A stretch of 63,974 bases of DNA, filler included, from Octopus bimaculoides (lineage: Eukaryota): assembly GCF_001194135.2 (NCBI RefSeq). It is 5 parts of 5 records of this genome, joined end to end, with 100 filler letters (N's around TTAATTAATTAA, not from the genome) between each part and the next. Parts side by side here need not be neighbours in the genome. Positions count along the whole stretch, not along the records: positions 60,099 to 62,531 come from NW_026353955.1; positions 62,632 to 63,974 come from NC_068989.1; 3 more parts are not named here. The stretch is one strand, 5' to 3'. The translations under genes were made by a program, and so were the position numbers. Positions within the stretch are counted from its first letter, which is position 1. Every line of letters begins with the position of its first letter. Of the stretch, positions 61,599 through 63,974 are shown piece by piece. The notes below the pieces were generated by a model, which searched no databases, was not told the DNA's origin, and saw nothing but the letters and a program-made list of their open reading frames with translations.

Positions 61599-61809
61599 TG
61601 AGGGTAAATTCATTCAAAGTTGGTTATTCACCCCGTCCTGAATAAAATATGGATTTTGAGCGTCGACCGAATAAATCAATTGTGTTGCATGTATTGAGTA
61701 CATTTTCATTCTTTTGTATCTCCAAACGTGTACACATACACAAACACACATACATACACGCACACGTATATATGTCACAGAAAGGAATTTCAGATGTTAA
61801 TTGAGAGAG

Positions 61810-62030
61810 AGAAACACAAGACCGAAATGGATGGAGTAAAATAGAGCATTGTGGTTGTTCGAAGTTTCAAAGAGAGAAAACGAAACACGAGAAGATCAAG
61901 AGAAAGCTTAGAGAGAATGGACCAATGGAAAATGAAAGGGTTTTGTTTTTTTACGTGTGTGATTTGCAGGAGGAAATGTTTGAGTCATGCAGGCCTGGTC
62001 AGCCATCAGAGAAGTCACAGGAATCAGCTC
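61810..62030 (+). mobile_element. RTE/BovB-like LINE ORF C-terminus with C2H2 finger
   Basis: FTCVICRRKCLSHAGLVSHQRSH matches the RTE terminal C-x2-C..S..GL.SH.R.H motif. Confidence 0.7.
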
Positions 62031-62531
62031 CTTGTAAATTGCGTTGGGGCTATTATTCACAACAGAACGTATGCAACCTGTGAGAAGTAAAAGAGTAATA
62101 TATATATATATATATATATCATTGATAACCTACTGCATAACAGCTGTGCTGAATCGTAGCTAACTCGGGGTTAACTAACAATGGCAACACTAACAGCAGC
62201 GGTAACAACGAGAACAACAACGGCACAATTTTGATTATTATATAAGCTTTTCCTTAATAAATGTCCTTCATTATTCTCTGTGCCATTTTGACTCTCTAAT
62301 TTCGCTGTCTTCATTTATTTTTCTCTTTCCGCCATGTTTGTTACAACGCATTACATTTCGGCCATTTTGAATCTCTTTTCGCGCCCACTCCACCATTTCT
62401 TATTACTTAATCACGGCTTTTCTAAAATTATTAAAATCTGTATACAAACAAAGAAAATGAGGATTGCGCGTATGAGCTTGTGTGAGTATGTGTGTGTCTA
62501 TGTGTTTGTGTTTGCGTGTGTATGTGTGTGT

Positions 62532-62631
62532 NNNNNNNNNNNNNNNNNNNNNNNNNNNNNNNNNNNNNNNNNNNNTTAATTAATTAANNNNNNNNNNNNN
62601 NNNNNNNNNNNNNNNNNNNNNNNNNNNNNNN
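62532..62631. other. Artificial assembly join (44N + TTAATTAATTAA + 44N)
   Basis: Direct reading. Confidence 0.97.
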
Positions 62632-62699
62632 ACAGACAGACAGACAGACACACATTCTCATTTTTATATATATAGATATATATGTATGTGTGTGTATAT

Positions 62700-63110
62700 G
62701 TTTGTGTGTCTGTGTTTGTCCCCCCAACATCGCTTGACAACCGATGCTGGTGTGTTTACATCCCTGTAACTTAGCGGTTCAGCAAAAGAGACTGATAGAA
62801 TAAGTACTAGGCTTACAGAGAATAAGTCCTGGGGTGGATTTGTGGTGCTCCAGCATGGCCACAGTCAAATGACTGAAACAAGTAAAAGAGTGTGTGTGTG
62901 TGTATGTGTATGCGTGTGTTTTTGTGCCTGTGTTTGTGGCTCACCACTACTTGACAACTGGTGTTCATGTGTTCATGTCCTAGTAACTTAGAGGTTCGAC
63001 AGAAGAGACCGATATAAGTATTAGGGTCGATTCATTCGACTGAAAATTCTTCAAAGCGATGCCCTAGCATGGCCACAGTTTAATGACTGAAACAAGTAAA
63101 AGATAAAAGA
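62700..63110 (+). mobile_element. Two tandem SINE-B 3' halves
   Basis: cttgacaac..gtaacttag(c/a)ggttc..cagcatggccacagt..aatgactgaaacaagtaaaaga occurs twice. Confidence 0.75.
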
Positions 63111-63539
63111 TACCTATATTCTTTTAGCTTATCTCACTCCACTGTGATCGAATATTGGTGTTAAAAATGTACCCTCTTTAAATAGAAAGAGATCATGGTC
63201 ATTAAGTGAAGAATTATATATTTGATTCTCATAAAATTCTTCATAGACTCTAATGTAACTGAGTGAAATGCTATTTTATATACCTTGTAATATTCTGTTG
63301 GCGCAGACAGCAATAATGGCTCAGCAAAACAGTGAACTATAATAAATTTTATAACCCTGATATTTCTTAGAGAGTGAAAATTTTGGATGCAGAGATGTTG
63401 GATGTGAATGGCGGTTTCTAGCTTTTAGGTGATGATTTGTTTTTGCTTATCTTTTTGTCTTTTGGGGAATTTTCTTTTTTCTTTTTTTATAGTGGGGAGA
63501 GGAATGGTTGGTTTTTTTTTTCTTTTTTTCTTCTTTTTA

Positions 63540-63745
63540 TTTGTTTCAGCCATTTGACTGCGGCCATGCTGAAGCAGCGCCTTGGAGGATTTTAGTCAAA
63601 AAAAATCAACCCCCACCACCGGGTTTATTTTTTTAAGCCTATTACTTATTGTATCAATCTCTTTTGCAAAACCACTACGTTACAGGGATGTAAACACACC
63701 AACACTGGTTGTCAAGTGTGGGTGGGGGGACAAATACAGACACAC
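63540..63745 (-). mobile_element. SINE-B 3' half
   Basis: catttgactgcggccatgctg...gtaaacacacc..ggttgtcaag. Confidence 0.7.
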
Positions 63746-63974
63746 AAAAATAGATGAAACGCCGGAGTTTTAATGGTGGCAGCTGATGAAGGGGATGTTT
63801 CTATGTGGCCTGCTTGTTTGTTGCACCTTGTTTACCATTTTGTCCTCGTTCTTTTGCCACGTCATGTACCCAGTTATGTATCTATATGTACATGTAGATG
63901 AACGTATATACATACATATACATATATATGCATATACTCATATATTGTTTATATATATATATATATATATATAT

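Noticed and set aside
63745-63815. GAAAC...CTGATGAAGG as a permuted hammerhead
   Set aside because: Stems I and II cannot be formed

Overview
AT-rich, microsatellite-dense animal genomic DNA. The SINE/LINE repertoire, intron-rich gene structure and repeat landscape point to an octopus (inference; probably an Octopus bimaculoides-type draft assembly). The window is not one contiguous sequence. Besides ordinary N gaps, four 100-bp artificial joins (44 N + TTAATTAATTAA + 44 N at 26254-26353, 38426-38525, 59999-60098 and 62532-62631) split it into five blocks. One host gene is clearly supported: COG7 on the + strand, with 17 internal coding exons at 40126-59227 (1638 nt, 546 codons, all splice phases consistent). 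Its first and last exons lie outside the contig. The rest is transposon debris: tRNA-derived SINEs, CR1-like, Tx1-like, RTE and R4/Dong-like LINE fragments, Penelope-like GIY-YIG fragments, Tc1/mariner and piggyBac remnants, and MITEs. The most interesting signals are: (i) a tRNA-headed SINE-like element carrying a minimal type I hammerhead ribozyme (30907-30952, minus); (ii) a three-copy repeat family with a hammerhead-like fold whose core reads CUGUNNA instead of CUGANGA; (iii) a further hammerhead at 31477-31521; (iv) a nested cluster of five Dong/R4-like 3' ends in (AAT)n, including a 96-bp inverted repeat; and (v) a CANNTG-CTAAT motif cluster in a COG7 intron. All alignments, identities and folds were judged by eye; no searches or folding programs were run.
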